A stretch of DNA of 61,921 bases, counting the filler, from Limisphaerales bacterium (GTDB lineage Bacteria; Verrucomicrobiota; Verrucomicrobiia; Limisphaerales; SIBE01): NCBI GenBank assembly GCA_044225505.1. It is 3 parts of 3 records of this genome, joined end to end, with 100 filler letters (N's around TTAATTAATTAA, not from the genome) between each part and the next. Parts side by side here need not be neighbours in the genome. Positions count along the whole stretch, not along the records: positions 41,446 to 61,921 come from JBGAIN010000151.1; 2 more parts are not named here. One strand, given 5' to 3'. Both the position numbers and the translations under genes were made by a program. This document shows, piece after piece, positions 42,213 through 52,987 of this stretch (the stretch's first letter is position 1; every line of letters starts with the position of its first letter). The notes beneath the pieces were generated by a model, which did no database searches, was not told the origin of the DNA, and saw only the letters and a program-made list of their open reading frames with translations.

Positions 42213-45200
42213 TCAGCGGTATTCCGTGACCCATTCGCGCGTGCCAGCAGGCATGGTCATGCGCGATTTCTTGCCGCCCGGCCATTGCACCTCCAATTCG
42301 CATGCCCCTGGGAAGCGAGGCAAGACGGCCACCACGCTGTCTTGACTGAGATATCCGGAGCCCGCGTGGATTTCACGAACCGGTCGAGTTGTGCCTTCCG
42401 ACGACAGTCGGAGAACAGCACCGATCCCCGCGGGATTGTGGTCCGGACCGCGGAGACGAATCCGAACTCCGGCTTGTGCCCACAGATTTTGGAAAAGCCT
42501 GGTCGGACCGTTGTTCTGACAGACGACCAGGTCGATCTTTCCGTCTTCGTTGAAGTCTCCCGCGGCAGCACTTCGTTGTTCTCCATAGACCTGAATCCCC
42601 GAGGCCTGACCGGATACCGGCTGTAATTCGCCGTGGCCATTCCCGAGCATTAATAAGCCGCGCCCTGCGTCGAGTCGCGGGGTGCTCGGCTCGGTTCCAA
42701 AGAAGTTTTGGCTCAGAAAGACATCCTCACGTCCATCCCCGTCAAAGTCAGCCACGACCGGGCTAAAGGCCGGCGCCAACTGTGCCTCCCGTGGCATCGG
42801 TTTAGCCTCAAATCGATCGCCTCGGTTGAGGAACACCAAGGACGCAAGGGTGTTGGCTTGAAGCCGCACTGCCGGACCTCGCGCGGGGGCGAGCACTGCG
42901 TCCAGACGGGCCTCACTAAACGCTCGATGGTTCGCGAACTTGTCGGAAAGGTAGGGCAGGGACGCTATCAACGCATCCAACGGCCGGCGAGGAGCTAGTC
43001 CGTTGATTTCGGGTTCAAACTCCGCTTCGACAACATCGACTAAGCCTCGCCCGCTCAATTCGCCGTAGCGGACCTCGGTGGGGTGTTCGAACGTTGCGCG
43101 ATAGGGACTATTGAGCCCCCAATTCGCCGCAACGATGTCGAGCCGTCCATCACCATCCAGATCTCCAGTGGCGACCCCGTTCCACCATCCCGTCCAACGA
43201 TCCAAACCGAGTTTGGCGCTGAGCTCCTGCAGTGTCCCGTCTCGGGCGGCAAAAACCCGGATTGGTCCCCACTCGCACGCCAGTATCAACTCAGACCGAC
43301 CATCGCCGTCCACGTCGCTGAATACCGCGCCGCCGACCAATCCAATGTTCGCCAAGGCCTTGCTCTTGGCTTGGTCAAGGACAAGGTGGCCACCGCGATA
43401 CCTGTAAATAGCGGAAGTTGCCGCTGTGGGCCAGCGGCCTGGAACAACCCTCCCACCAACGAACAACTCCAAGCCCCCATCGTCATCCAGCGGACCTAAT
43501 GCTAAGGGACCGATGCTCGACTCAAACTCCGGGTTTAATCGCTCGGGTCCGTTTGCGGGCCAGGTATAGCGGGCGATCGTGCTGCCAGTCTTGCCAGGAT
43601 TCTCGTAGTTCGCGGCCGCGATCAGGATCGATGACTGTCCACGTTCGGGAAGCCAGCCGAGCACGCCCAATTGATCGAACGAAACCTGGTTTGTTGTGAA
43701 GGCGTTTTGGATGGGCTGGAATTGCCCTAGTCCATCTCCAAGAAAAAGCCCGGGTGTTCCGCTTTTGCCGCTGCCAATAATGAGGTCATCGTGTCCGTCC
43801 CCGTTTATGTCCCACCAGGCGACTCCTGGGCCAAGTTGACTGAGTCGACGGGGCAAGAGCGGCTGGCGGACAAAGTCGTTATACGGCTCGTCGCGATGAA
43901 AATGATTCAGCTTGGAAGTGACGTCCTGGAAATATGGCTGTGTGGCGAATCCGCTGCCCCGGGGTGAAGCCTCGATGCCCTTCGAATTGGTTGGCTCGTT
44001 CAACGGCGAGTTTGGAATGCTGGAAGATACCGTTGGTTCAGCGACTCCCTCAGCAATCTCGTAAAGCCGGTTGGGTTCAATATTTCGGATGACGATCTTT
44101 TGCCCGCTCCGCCATGTGACCTCCAGAGTCATCGCTCGACTCTGCTTGCCAGCCGCAAATACGATCATGGGCTCGCTTCCGGATAAGTACCGGCCGCCTG
44201 AGACAATCTCCTGACTTTGCATCGGGACGGCGCCACCGAGGAGTCGGACCTTGGCGCCCGTTCCCTCCGTATTGGGCGACCGGCCGCGGAGGCGCACGGC
44301 TAAGCGGCCCGCGGTGGAATTGTTGCGATAAAGCTGCAGAGCTCCATTGCAGTCGTTGAGGGCGAGGTCCATCGCCCCATCATTGTCCAGGTCGCCGACT
44401 GCTATCCCCTGGTGGACGCCAAGCTCGGCGGTGCCCCAAGACTCGGTAACATCCTCGAAACGAAGATTACCCAGGTTCCGAAAAGCGACGATGGGACAGT
44501 GATAGGCAGGGAATCGGCGTGAATTCGTCATTCGATCGAGCGCGGACGCGAGTTGGAGTGTCGTTGGGCTGCTGCCTTTGAGAGGAGCCGAACGCCGGGC
44601 TGACGTGGCGGCAATGGCGTCCCGGTCTTGCACGTCCCGGTAGAAACCAGCAGCGATCAGCAGGTCCTCATATCCGTCGAGATCCACATCCAGGAAGATC
44701 TGCTGCCAAGCCCACTCGGCCGATGAGACGCCGGAGTAATCGGCGATATCCGCGTAGGTACTGTCGCCACGATTCCAGAAGAGCGTGTTGCGCATCACTT
44801 GCGGACGATCCGAAATCACGCCCGCAGGCGGTTGCATGGGATCGAAAGGTGGGCTTTGCGGATTGAAGGCATAGATCTGGCGCTTTCGGAGCCGTGGATC
44901 CCGACTCTGCATGTCTGTGACGAAGAGGTCTAGAAACCCGTCCCGGTCAACATCCGCGAAATCAACTCCCATGGAGCTGAAACAGACGTGGCGCAATGCC
45001 AATGGAGCGATCGCTCGAAAGGTGCCTTTTCCGTCATTGATCCAGATTCGATCCACCGTCCAGAAATCGTTGCAGACATAGAGATCCGGGGCGCCGTCTC
45101 CGTTCAAATCGCGAAAGGACGCAGTCTGACCCCAGTCCAATGGTGGCGCGGTCAGAGGGTTGCCCGCTTCATCTACGAATCGACCCCCTGTCCACGGAAC

Positions 45201-46022
45201 CGCTGTAAACTGTCCCTGGCCGTCGTTGAGGTATAGAATGTCCGGATCTCCGACCTCTCGCACCACATTGTTCAGCACGACCAACCGGTTGGTCAGATCT
45301 GGAGGAATAATGTACTCGCCGTTGCGTCGATACACCTGCACGCTGCCCCGATTCCGAATATCGTCACTGCGATAGTTCGCAACGTAAAGATCCAAGGTTC
45401 CGTTGCCATCCACGTCAGCCAAGGCCATGGTGGCACTTCCAAACTGGGATGTTGTGCCCGCTGCCGCGGTGGCATCGCGAAAGTGGCCCGCGCCGTCATT
45501 CAAAAAGCAGAGGACCCCTTGGTTTAGTGTCGAAACCAACAGGTCTGGAGCGCGATCTCCGTTAACATCGGCGAAGACCGCTCCTCGTTGATATTTACCT
45601 GCGAAAGCCAGTCCCGAGCCCGCTGTGACATTGGTAAAATGCCAATGGCCCAGGTTCCGAAAGAGCGCGCTGGGCGTATCGAGCCCGCAGGCAAATATAT
45701 CCAATCGGCCATCGCCATCGTAATCCCCTAAAGCGATGCCAGAACCGTTTTCCAAAACACGGTTCGTCGCGGCGCTGAATTCAAGCAGGATATTAGTGAA
45801 TTCGATTCCTGTTTGTTTTGGAGAGAGCAAAGTGAATCCGGTTTTGTCAGGACCCGAGACCTCCAGAGAGGTCCAACGCGACTCGGGTGCTCCGTGCCAG
45901 ACTCGTGATTTACCTTCTGCCGCTGAGGTTTCGCCTGGCTTGATCGCCAACCAGGCTACGAACAGTAGCGAGAGTGTGAGCGTTTCGAGTCCGCGTCTGC
46001 CTGGCGCTGCAACTTCCGTCAT
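42213..46022 (-). CDS. FG-GAP/VCBS repeat protein with two ASPIC/UnbV domains (CRTAC1-like)
   Basis: Many D-x-[DN]-G-D-G-x-x-D loops; GAKV…GGRYLSGS and GAVL…GSGYLSQ ASPIC motifs; start could be as far up as 46148. Confidence 0.9.
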   Translation of the reverse strand: MTEVAAPGRRGLETLTLSLLFVAWLAIKPGETSAAEGKSRVWHGAPESRWTSLEVSGPDKTGFTLLSPKQTGIEFTNILLEFSAATNRVLENGSGIALGDYDGDGRLDIFACGLDTPSALFRNLGHWHFTNVTAGSGLAFAGKYQRGAVFADVNGDRAPDLLVSTLNQGVLCFLNDGAGHFRDATAAAGTTSQFGSATMALADVDGNGTLDLYVANYRSDDIRNRGSVQVYRRNGEYIIPPDLTNRLVVLNNVVREVGDPDILYLNDGQGQFTAVPWTGGRFVDEAGNPLTAPPLDWGQTASFRDLNGDGAPDLYVCNDFWTVDRIWINDGKGTFRAIAPLALRHVCFSSMGVDFADVDRDGFLDLFVTDMQSRDPRLRKRQIYAFNPQSPPFDPMQPPAGVISDRPQVMRNTLFWNRGDSTYADIADYSGVSSAEWAWQQIFLDVDLDGYEDLLIAAGFYRDVQDRDAIAATSARRSAPLKGSSPTTLQLASALDRMTNSRRFPAYHCPIVAFRNLGNLRFEDVTESWGTAELGVHQGIAVGDLDNDGAMDLALNDCNGALQLYRNNSTAGRLAVRLRGRSPNTEGTGAKVRLLGGAVPMQSQEIVSGGRYLSGSEPMIVFAAGKQSRAMTLEVTWRSGQKIVIRNIEPNRLYEIAEGVAEPTVSSSIPNSPLNEPTNSKGIEASPRGSGFATQPYFQDVTSKLNHFHRDEPYNDFVRQPLLPRRLSQLGPGVAWWDINGDGHDDLIIGSGKSGTPGLFLGDGLGQFQPIQNAFTTNQVSFDQLGVLGWLPERGQSSILIAAANYENPGKTGSTIARYTWPANGPERLNPEFESSIGPLALGPLDDDGGLELFVGGRVVPGRWPTAATSAIYRYRGGHLVLDQAKSKALANIGLVGGAVFSDVDGDGRSELILACEWGPIRVFAARDGTLQELSAKLGLDRWTGWWNGVATGDLDGDGRLDIVAANWGLNSPYRATFEHPTEVRYGELSGRGLVDVVEAEFEPEINGLAPRRPLDALIASLPYLSDKFANHRAFSEARLDAVLAPARGPAVRLQANTLASLVFLNRGDRFEAKPMPREAQLAPAFSPVVADFDGDGREDVFLSQNFFGTEPSTPRLDAGRGLLMLGNGHGELQPVSGQASGIQVYGEQRSAAAGDFNEDGKIDLVVCQNNGPTRLFQNLWAQAGVRIRLRGPDHNPAGIGAVLRLSSEGTTRPVREIHAGSGYLSQDSVVAVLPRFPGACELEVQWPGGKKSRMTMPAGTREWVTEYR

Positions 46023-46499
46023 GATTCGGTGGGCGCGACGCAAGCCGAAAGCCACCTTTCTTTCCCGTCGAGGCCAGCGGCGGTCGCCCGGGCGATAGTT
46101 TGATCCTCGCGGATGCTTCAAAAAAAGCCGAACGAGTCGTTCGTCCATGAGATCGGTTCCGTGGAAACGTCAGTGATTTAGCTGACCGGTATCTTCCATT
46201 GTCGATACTTTGGTTTCAATCTTGAATTCGTTTCCTTGTCTGACGGAACGGCCGCTGGCGTTTGGATCGGCCTGAGTTGTCAAGGTCCCAAGGCGGCCGT
46301 CGCCTAGGCCGGTGTGAGCTTGGGACAGGCAGGGGGCATTGGAAGCGGCGGTTTGGCCTCTGACCTGGGAGGTTGTGAGTGGCTGACGGCTGACCGTAAC
46401 GATTCGCCCCCAGCGCCGTCTAAACTTGTGATGGTGCGGCTCCTATGAAACCACAAGCATCCGTCGAGTTGTTTTCTTTTGCATGGCTGCTTTAGTCCA

Positions 46500-47339
46500 A
46501 TGAACGATCTACGGATCACCAAGTCTGACGCATGTGAATCCGCTGGGAACAATCCCGTGCTTTCCTTTGGCACGGCACGTTTGAAACGGCGACAATTCAT
46601 TGGAACAGCGATGGCAGCCTTGACAATCGCTCCGGTGATTTACGCTTCTGTTTGGGAACCGAAGTGGCTCGCGACACGTCGGGTGACGATTCCCGGGACC
46701 ACTCCACGACAGCGGTTGGTTCATTTCACCGATCTCCACTACAAAGGCGACCGCCGGTATTTGACGCGGGTCGTAGACCGAATCAATTCGGTGCATCCGC
46801 AGCTAGTCTGCTTCACGGGAGATATTGTCGAGGAGGCCGAATACCTACCCGAGGCGCTCGAGTTGATGCAGCGAATTGACGCTCCACTGTACGGTGTCCC
46901 GGGAAATCACGACTATTGGGCGAAAGTTGATTTTGCGGTCGTCGCCCAGACTTTCTCCAAGACGGGCGGCCAGTGGTTGATGGACGAAAGTGTACTTACC
47001 GCGGACCAGCGGATTAATGTGATCGGAGTGACTTGCAGCAAGCCGCCTTTGGTGCACCCGGTGCCAGGAGTCAAGAACGTGTTATTATTTCATTACCCGG
47101 CGTGGGTTCAAAAGCTCTCCCAGGTCCGATTTGACCTAATGTTAGCCGGACATTCCCATGGCGGGCAAGTTCGGCTCCCATTCTATGGCCCTCTGTTGGT
47201 TCCGTTTGGGGTGAATGATTTCGACCTGGGGCTTTATCAAACTGCCGTTGGCCCTCTCTATGTTAATCCGGGTATTGGTTACTTTTATCTCAACGTTCGG
47301 ATTTGCTGCCGTCCGGAGATCACAGTGCTCGAGGTTTGA
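46500..47339 (+). CDS. Calcineurin-like metallophosphoesterase (YkuE/YaeI-like)
   Basis: TDLH, TGD, PGNHD, GHSHGGQ, RPEI; RRQF leader. Confidence 0.92.
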   Translation: MNDLRITKSDACESAGNNPVLSFGTARLKRRQFIGTAMAALTIAPVIYASVWEPKWLATRRVTIPGTTPRQRLVHFTDLHYKGDRRYLTRVVDRINSVHPQLVCFTGDIVEEAEYLPEALELMQRIDAPLYGVPGNHDYWAKVDFAVVAQTFSKTGGQWLMDESVLTADQRINVIGVTCSKPPLVHPVPGVKNVLLFHYPAWVQKLSQVRFDLMLAGHSHGGQVRLPFYGPLLVPFGVNDFDLGLYQTAVGPLYVNPGIGYFYLNVRICCRPEITVLEV

Positions 47340-47547
47340 CGCTCGGCGGAGTTGGGGAGGGTAGGGGATTGCCTGCCCATATTTCCGTCGGCCCTAACAT
47401 GCGAATTTTCCAGGGCAGATCCATTCGGAAGTGAAGTCCCATTGCCGAACGAGGGGTTTTCCCCAAGCTCGATCCTTCAACTCTGGCGGTTTACCCAAGG
47501 AGGGACGCAGGAAAGTTTGATTTTTAGAGGAGAATGCAAGGATGAGA

Positions 47548-47574
47548 TAAATAGATACTAATGCGTGACGATAA
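47548..47574 (+). promoter_or_regulatory. Sigma28 (FliA)-like promoter for the MCP gene
   Basis: TAAA-N15-GACGATAA versus consensus TAAA-N15-GCCGATAA. Confidence 0.55.
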
Positions 47575-47751
47575 TAAGGTGAGAGAGTGTGATGGTACGC
47601 GCCGGTTGGCCACAGTTGATGGCATCGAGCACCGTGAGCGAAGAAAATCGATCACGATCCGTTTCGGATTGTCCAGGCAAGTCGCGCGTTGAACCGGCTC
47701 GGATGTGGTGACGACGATTTTGAGCCGACAGATTACTCTCAGATTTGAGTT

Positions 47752-49767
47752 ATGACGACCAAACCACTGACATTGGGAAAGAAGATCGCACTTGGTTTCG
47801 GCGTAGTCATCTTCATTACGGCTGCGCTCGGGACGCTCGGTCTGGTTACCATGAGGTCAGGACAGGCCGTTGCCTCCAAGTTGGCGGGTGTTTATGTGCC
47901 CGAAGCCGAAATTACGGGAGATTTTCAGGATGCCTTTTCCGACGTGCAATTGGCCGTCAGAACATATGCACTGACGGCGCAAAAGGACTACCTGGAAGCG
48001 AGCCAAAAGGCGTTTGATCAGGTTCGCCGACATCAGGAACGAGCCCAGACCTTGGCCAACGAGCACCTGGAACTTACGATGCTTCGCGATCAGTTAAAGA
48101 ACATCGAACCAGCACTCAACACTTACCAAGAATTGATTTCTCAAACCGTGGCGAAGAACAATGCCATCGCGGCTGATCGGGACCTAATGGATCGCCTGGC
48201 CACAGAGTTTATTGCCAACGCGGATAAGTTGACCGCCGTCCAACGTGAGAAGCTCGACCGGGAAATTGCGGCGGCGGCGGAGTCGGCCAAGCTCCAGGAC
48301 CGCCTGCAAAAGATGATGCTCATCCGCGAGATTCGAGGCGACGGTAATTCGGCGCGCATTGCTGCATACAAATCTCAGGCGCTGCGCGATCCAAGTATCA
48401 TCGAGGATGGCTTGAAACGGTTTGAGGCCATGGACAAGAAGTTCGCGGAACTTCTCCCGTTGCTCACCGTTGCCGAGGATAAGGAGGCCGTGAATCACAT
48501 CAAAACAGACGGGCTCACCTATCGCGAAGCAATGCGGAGCCTGATGTCAAACAATCTGGCGCTGGCCGAAATCGCCGTAAAACGGACAGAAGCCCTGACG
48601 CGGGTGGAGCAACTCGTCAAAGACGCTCAGTCAGCGGGGATTCAACGCACGGTGGAGGCCGCCAGGGCTTCGAGCCAGAAACTTGCTTCCGCATCCCGGG
48701 GATTGGTCTTCGGGGTAATTGTTGCCTTATTGGCCGGGATTGCGATTGGTGCACTGATCATTCGAAGCACAACCCGGGTTCTGGAGGGCGTCGTGGAGCT
48801 CTTGAGGAGCGGAGCTGAGCAGACTGCCTCCTCAGCCGGCCAAGTAGCTTCGGCGAGCCAAGAACTTGCCGAAGGCACCAGTGAACAAGCCGCGTCATTG
48901 GAGGAGACGAGCGCATCGCTCGAAGAAATGTCGAGCATGACAAAGCGCAACGCGGACAACGCGTTGACCGCAAAAGAAACAGCAGCCCAAGCGAGCCGAT
49001 CGGCTGACGCTGGAGCGGAGCAGATGAAGACTCTTTTAGGGGCCATGGATTCCATTAAGACCGCCAGCACCGAAGTCACAAAGATCTTAAAGACCATCGA
49101 CGAGATTGCGTTTCAAACAAATATTCTCGCCTTGAACGCAGCGGTTGAGGCGGCGCGCGCTGGAGAAGCAGGAGCTGGGTTCGCGGTTGTGGCCGACGAA
49201 GTGCGCAACCTCGCTCAACGCTGTGCGGCCGCGGCCAAAGAAACCGCCGCGAAGATCGACGACAGTGTCAGCAAAAGCCAGCAAGGGGCCGACTTGAGTA
49301 CGGAAGTGGCCAAGACTTTTGATCAGATCCAAACGAGTGTCCGAGGGCTCGACCAAATCGTCGCTGAGATTGCATCTGCGTGCACCGAACAAAGCCAAGG
49401 AATCTCGCAAGTGAACACCGCGGTGATGGAGATGGACAAGGTTACTCAAAGTGCGGCCGCCAGCGCTGAGGAAAGCGCCAGTGCTAGCGAAGAACTCAAC
49501 GCGCAAGCGGAGAGCTTGAAGGATGCGGTCTCAAGCTTGCAAGCACTCATCGGCGATACGGGACGGCCAATCGGCGACAAATCGTCCACTGCGACAGATG
49601 TTTCAACAAGGTGGCAAAACAAGCCTGTCAATGGCCAGGCCCCGCGGAGTCGAAGATTCGACCATGCAATGGCGAATACGCCCGTTCGAAACTCTGCCGC
49701 CCAACCTAGTCTCGAGGAAACGGCAAGCACCGACTTTTCGGTCCCGAAGAGCGGCCACGGGTTTTAG
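47752..49767 (+). CDS. Methyl-accepting chemotaxis protein
   Basis: Two TM helices around a large helical periplasmic domain; [39 protein letters not shown]. Confidence 0.96.
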   Translation: MTTKPLTLGKKIALGFGVVIFITAALGTLGLVTMRSGQAVASKLAGVYVPEAEITGDFQDAFSDVQLAVRTYALTAQKDYLEASQKAFDQVRRHQERAQTLANEHLELTMLRDQLKNIEPALNTYQELISQTVAKNNAIAADRDLMDRLATEFIANADKLTAVQREKLDREIAAAAESAKLQDRLQKMMLIREIRGDGNSARIAAYKSQALRDPSIIEDGLKRFEAMDKKFAELLPLLTVAEDKEAVNHIKTDGLTYREAMRSLMSNNLALAEIAVKRTEALTRVEQLVKDAQSAGIQRTVEAARASSQKLASASRGLVFGVIVALLAGIAIGALIIRSTTRVLEGVVELLRSGAEQTASSAGQVASASQELAEGTSEQAASLEETSASLEEMSSMTKRNADNALTAKETAAQASRSADAGAEQMKTLLGAMDSIKTASTEVTKILKTIDEIAFQTNILALNAAVEAARAGEAGAGFAVVADEVRNLAQRCAAAAKETAAKIDDSVSKSQQGADLSTEVAKTFDQIQTSVRGLDQIVAEIASACTEQSQGISQVNTAVMEMDKVTQSAAASAEESASASEELNAQAESLKDAVSSLQALIGDTGRPIGDKSSTATDVSTRWQNKPVNGQAPRSRRFDHAMANTPVRNSAAQPSLEETASTDFSVPKSGHGF

Positions 49768-49969
49768 CGGTGCGGACGTCACGCGGCGCGGAAGTGATGG
49801 CCGAACTCAACCGGGTAATGCGGACGTTTCCAAACCGCCGCACGGTTGGAATTGCGGACGCTCTGCGAACGAGCCATCTCGTTTGACAAGCTCTTCTTGC
49901 AGAAGATTGCGCCTAAGGTACAACATCCAATCATTGTCCGTGAGATTCAGACGCTTTATTACCATCCGA

Positions 49970-51118
49970 ATGCCGTTGAGCCTGGGGCTAAAGCTGAGCC
50001 ATTCCAAGAGCCTCTCGGGCGTTCTCTTGAGTTTAGCCTTGGTCTTTTCCGGGTGTCGCAGTCGTTTCCACTCCAACGCGACAGGCTCGTTGCCAAGGCT
50101 CGCCCGGACGATACCACTCTCCGGGGTCCGGGGAACCCGTCCCGATGTCGGGGTTCCAGGCCGTATCGATCACATGGCGTACGACCCTGGGACAAAGCGG
50201 CTCTTTATTGCCGCGCTCGAAAATGGTTCTTTAGAAGTTGTGAACCTGGATCAAGGAAGACGAATTAGAAGCATCTCTGGTTTGGAGCGGCCGCAAGGCG
50301 CCGCCATTGTTTCGCTTCAATCGTCGGTTGCGGTGGCTTGCGGCGGCGACGGGCGGATGCACGTGTTTGACACCCAAAGTCTGAAGGAAACAGCTACTCT
50401 TTTAATTGGATCGGATGCCGATAACGTCCGCTATGACAAGTCCGCAAACGCTGTTTACGTGAGTTACGGCGATACCAATGCAGGTGCAATTGCCGTCCTG
50501 GACGCGGCCAACTGGAAATGCTTAAGCGTGATCACGTTCATTTCCCGCCCAGAATCTTTTCAGCTCGATCCAGCAGCGAATAGGCTCTTCGCGAATCTGC
50601 CCGGAGGATTGAGGGCGGTGCGGGATGGAGCCGTGGCGATCGCGGACCTGGCCGGCCGTGAAGCTCAGGCTGCCATTGGCTTAACGCGCGCCGCGCGAAA
50701 TTTTCCCATGGCCTACGATGCGGACCATGAACGGTTGTTTATTGCTTCACGTCGTCCGGCAAAGCTGATCGTGATCGACACGCGGCGAGCCAAAGTGATC
50801 GCGGAGGCGCCGTGTATTGATGATTCCGATGATCTTTTTTACGATGCCCAAACTCGTCGTGTTTTTGTGATCGGTGGCGGGTTCCGTCCTGACCTGCAGG
50901 AGCCCAACTCGCGCAGTTCCTGTTCGCCACCGGGCACGATGGGAGCGATCGACACCTTTTCCGTCGCAAATGATGGGGCTCTGGAGAGGTCAGGTAACGT
51001 CCCAACAGCACCTCATGCGCGCACGGGAATTTGGGTGCCTTCACGCAGAGCTCTTTACGTGGCGGTGCCCATGCAGGAGGGGCGCGACCCTGAGATTCGC
51101 GAATATCTCGTCGACTAA
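49970..51118 (+). CDS. YncE/YVTN-like beta-propeller lipoprotein
   Basis: Lipobox FSGC; GRIDHMAYD, DADNVRYD, PESFQLD, NFPMAYD, DDLFYD, ARTG. Confidence 0.8.
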   Translation: MPLSLGLKLSHSKSLSGVLLSLALVFSGCRSRFHSNATGSLPRLARTIPLSGVRGTRPDVGVPGRIDHMAYDPGTKRLFIAALENGSLEVVNLDQGRRIRSISGLERPQGAAIVSLQSSVAVACGGDGRMHVFDTQSLKETATLLIGSDADNVRYDKSANAVYVSYGDTNAGAIAVLDAANWKCLSVITFISRPESFQLDPAANRLFANLPGGLRAVRDGAVAIADLAGREAQAAIGLTRAARNFPMAYDADHERLFIASRRPAKLIVIDTRRAKVIAEAPCIDDSDDLFYDAQTRRVFVIGGGFRPDLQEPNSRSSCSPPGTMGAIDTFSVANDGALERSGNVPTAPHARTGIWVPSRRALYVAVPMQEGRDPEIREYLVD

Positions 51119-51232
51119 GTCTGGCACTCTCTACGGGACCGCGAAAGCCGGGAGTTCGCCCACTGGCATTTCACCGTTCATGGGGATGGAGGACGCCGTA
51201 GAGCTAGCTCGGCTCAACCGTCCCAGCGCGGT

Positions 51233-51430
51233 TCAATCTGCCGTAAGCGGCATCGGTCTCAGATAAGCCGTCCACGTAGACAGCGACCCGTTCGGGCGGT
51301 CAATCATAGAGCTTTGGCATTCTGCCGGCAAAAGCCAACCTGTTAACATCGCAATGATCGAAATCACAACTAGCAGCTCAATCAGAGCAAACCCGCGACG
51401 ACGCGCGGCGTTTTTATAAACAACCCTCAT
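51233..51430 (-). pseudogene. Remnant of a prepilin-type N-terminal methylation domain gene
   Basis: [26 protein letters not shown], after which the family pattern is lost; only 65 aa. Confidence 0.55.
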
Positions 51431-51648
51431 GGAAGTTAGATGTCTATCCTTGGCAAGCTACTGGTGACCCCGTCACGGAGAATGCTTTCCGTAGCCGCCT
51501 CCATTTTTGCGCTATGGAAGTTCTCGCGATTACGGCCCGATGAGGGCAACGAAGCCCTACCTTTTAGGATGGGCCCGATCCTGTTTTGCGAATCAATTTC
51601 GCTCGAAATAATTGCCCTTCGAACCGATCTGAGCGACAATCTTGTCCG

Positions 51649-52938
51649 ATGAAACACTCAGTTCACGTGGCTTTGGTGATCGCCGGCGGTGTGCTCGCTC
51701 TTTCTCCCAATTTATCAGCCGAGGATTGGCCTCAATACCGCGGTCCGGTCGGAAATGGAACTTCGCCCGAGGCAATTTCACCTTGGGCTGATTCGGGTCC
51801 CAAACAACTTTGGAAAACGCCGCTTTCTGAGGGCTTCAGCTCGGTCTCCGTGGCGGATGGGCGAGCGTTCACTTTGGTGGCGCGCCAACTGGAGGGAGCG
51901 AACCGCGAGGTGTGCGTCGCCATGGACGTTAAGACTGGAAAGGAATTGTGGGCTACGCCGCTTGGCATCGCCAAGTACGACGGTGGCGGCGATAGCGGCA
52001 CTCCGGAAAACAAGGGAGGCGACGGGCCTCGTTCGACTCCGAGTGTGGATGGCGATCGCGTTTACGTGCTCGACAACCGGTTGGTGTTGTCCTGTCTCGA
52101 TGCGACCAATGGGAAGTTGATTTGGAAAAAGGACATTATCAAAGAACACGATGGTAAACTGATCTCCTGGCAGAATGCGGCGTCGCCGTTGATTGATGGT
52201 GATCTCGTTTTTGCCATGGGGGGCGGGGCAGGGCAATCGTTGCTCGGGATCAATAAAGCGGATGGGAAAACCGTGTGGAAAAAGGAAGATGATAAAATCA
52301 CCCACGCCACGCCGGTCGCGGCGACCATTCTTGGCACCAGGCAAGTCATCTTCTTTACTCAAGCTGGGTTGGTCTCGATAGCACCCAAGACTGGAGAGGT
52401 GCTCTGGAGGTATAAATTTCCTTATAACGTTTCGACGGCAGCATCACCGGTAGTTTGGAACGATATTGTCTACTGCTCCGCGGGATACAACGTCGGTTCC
52501 GGCGCCGTTAAGATCACCAAGAATGCTTCGGGTTTTTCTGCCGACGAAATCTGGAGAACGAAAGGTAACGGCGTCGCCAATCACTGGAGCACACCCGTCT
52601 GCCATGACGGTTTCCTCTACGGCATTTTCGGTTTCAAACAGTACGGGAGCTGTCCTCTGAAGTGTGTCGAAATTGCGACCGGCAAAGAGATGTGGTCCGA
52701 AGCAGGCTTTGGCGCTGGCAACGTTATTCTCGTGGGCCAACGATTAGTGGTTTTGGGCGATAAAGGCCAAGTGGTTTTGGTGGACCCCAATTCGAAAGGT
52801 TACAAAGAGGTCGCCCGTTATCAGGCAGTGTCGGGAAAATGCTGGTCAACTCCGACGTTTAGCAATGGGAATCTCTTCGTTCGCAGCACGAAGGAAGGGG
52901 CTTGTTTTCAGGTGGAAATGAAGACGGCGGCCCGCTAA
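51649..52938 (+). CDS. Secreted PQQ-binding-like beta-propeller protein
   Basis: Signal peptide, DWPQYRGP, GPRSTP, AASPL, HWSTPV, CWSTP. Confidence 0.9.
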   Translation: MKHSVHVALVIAGGVLALSPNLSAEDWPQYRGPVGNGTSPEAISPWADSGPKQLWKTPLSEGFSSVSVADGRAFTLVARQLEGANREVCVAMDVKTGKELWATPLGIAKYDGGGDSGTPENKGGDGPRSTPSVDGDRVYVLDNRLVLSCLDATNGKLIWKKDIIKEHDGKLISWQNAASPLIDGDLVFAMGGGAGQSLLGINKADGKTVWKKEDDKITHATPVAATILGTRQVIFFTQAGLVSIAPKTGEVLWRYKFPYNVSTAASPVVWNDIVYCSAGYNVGSGAVKITKNASGFSADEIWRTKGNGVANHWSTPVCHDGFLYGIFGFKQYGSCPLKCVEIATGKEMWSEAGFGAGNVILVGQRLVVLGDKGQVVLVDPNSKGYKEVARYQAVSGKCWSTPTFSNGNLFVRSTKEGACFQVEMKTAAR

Positions 52939-52987
52939 GTCCACTCCGAGTCGTCAGGGCCCAAGAGTTCAGTCACGCGCCGTGATT

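Noticed and set aside
47410..47520. c-di-GMP-I riboswitch upstream of the MCP (CAGGGCAGATCCATTCGGAAG…GGGACGCAG)
   Set aside because: Only fragmentary resemblance; stem pairing and spacing to the GACGCAAA element do not fit. An Infernal/Rfam search would settle it.
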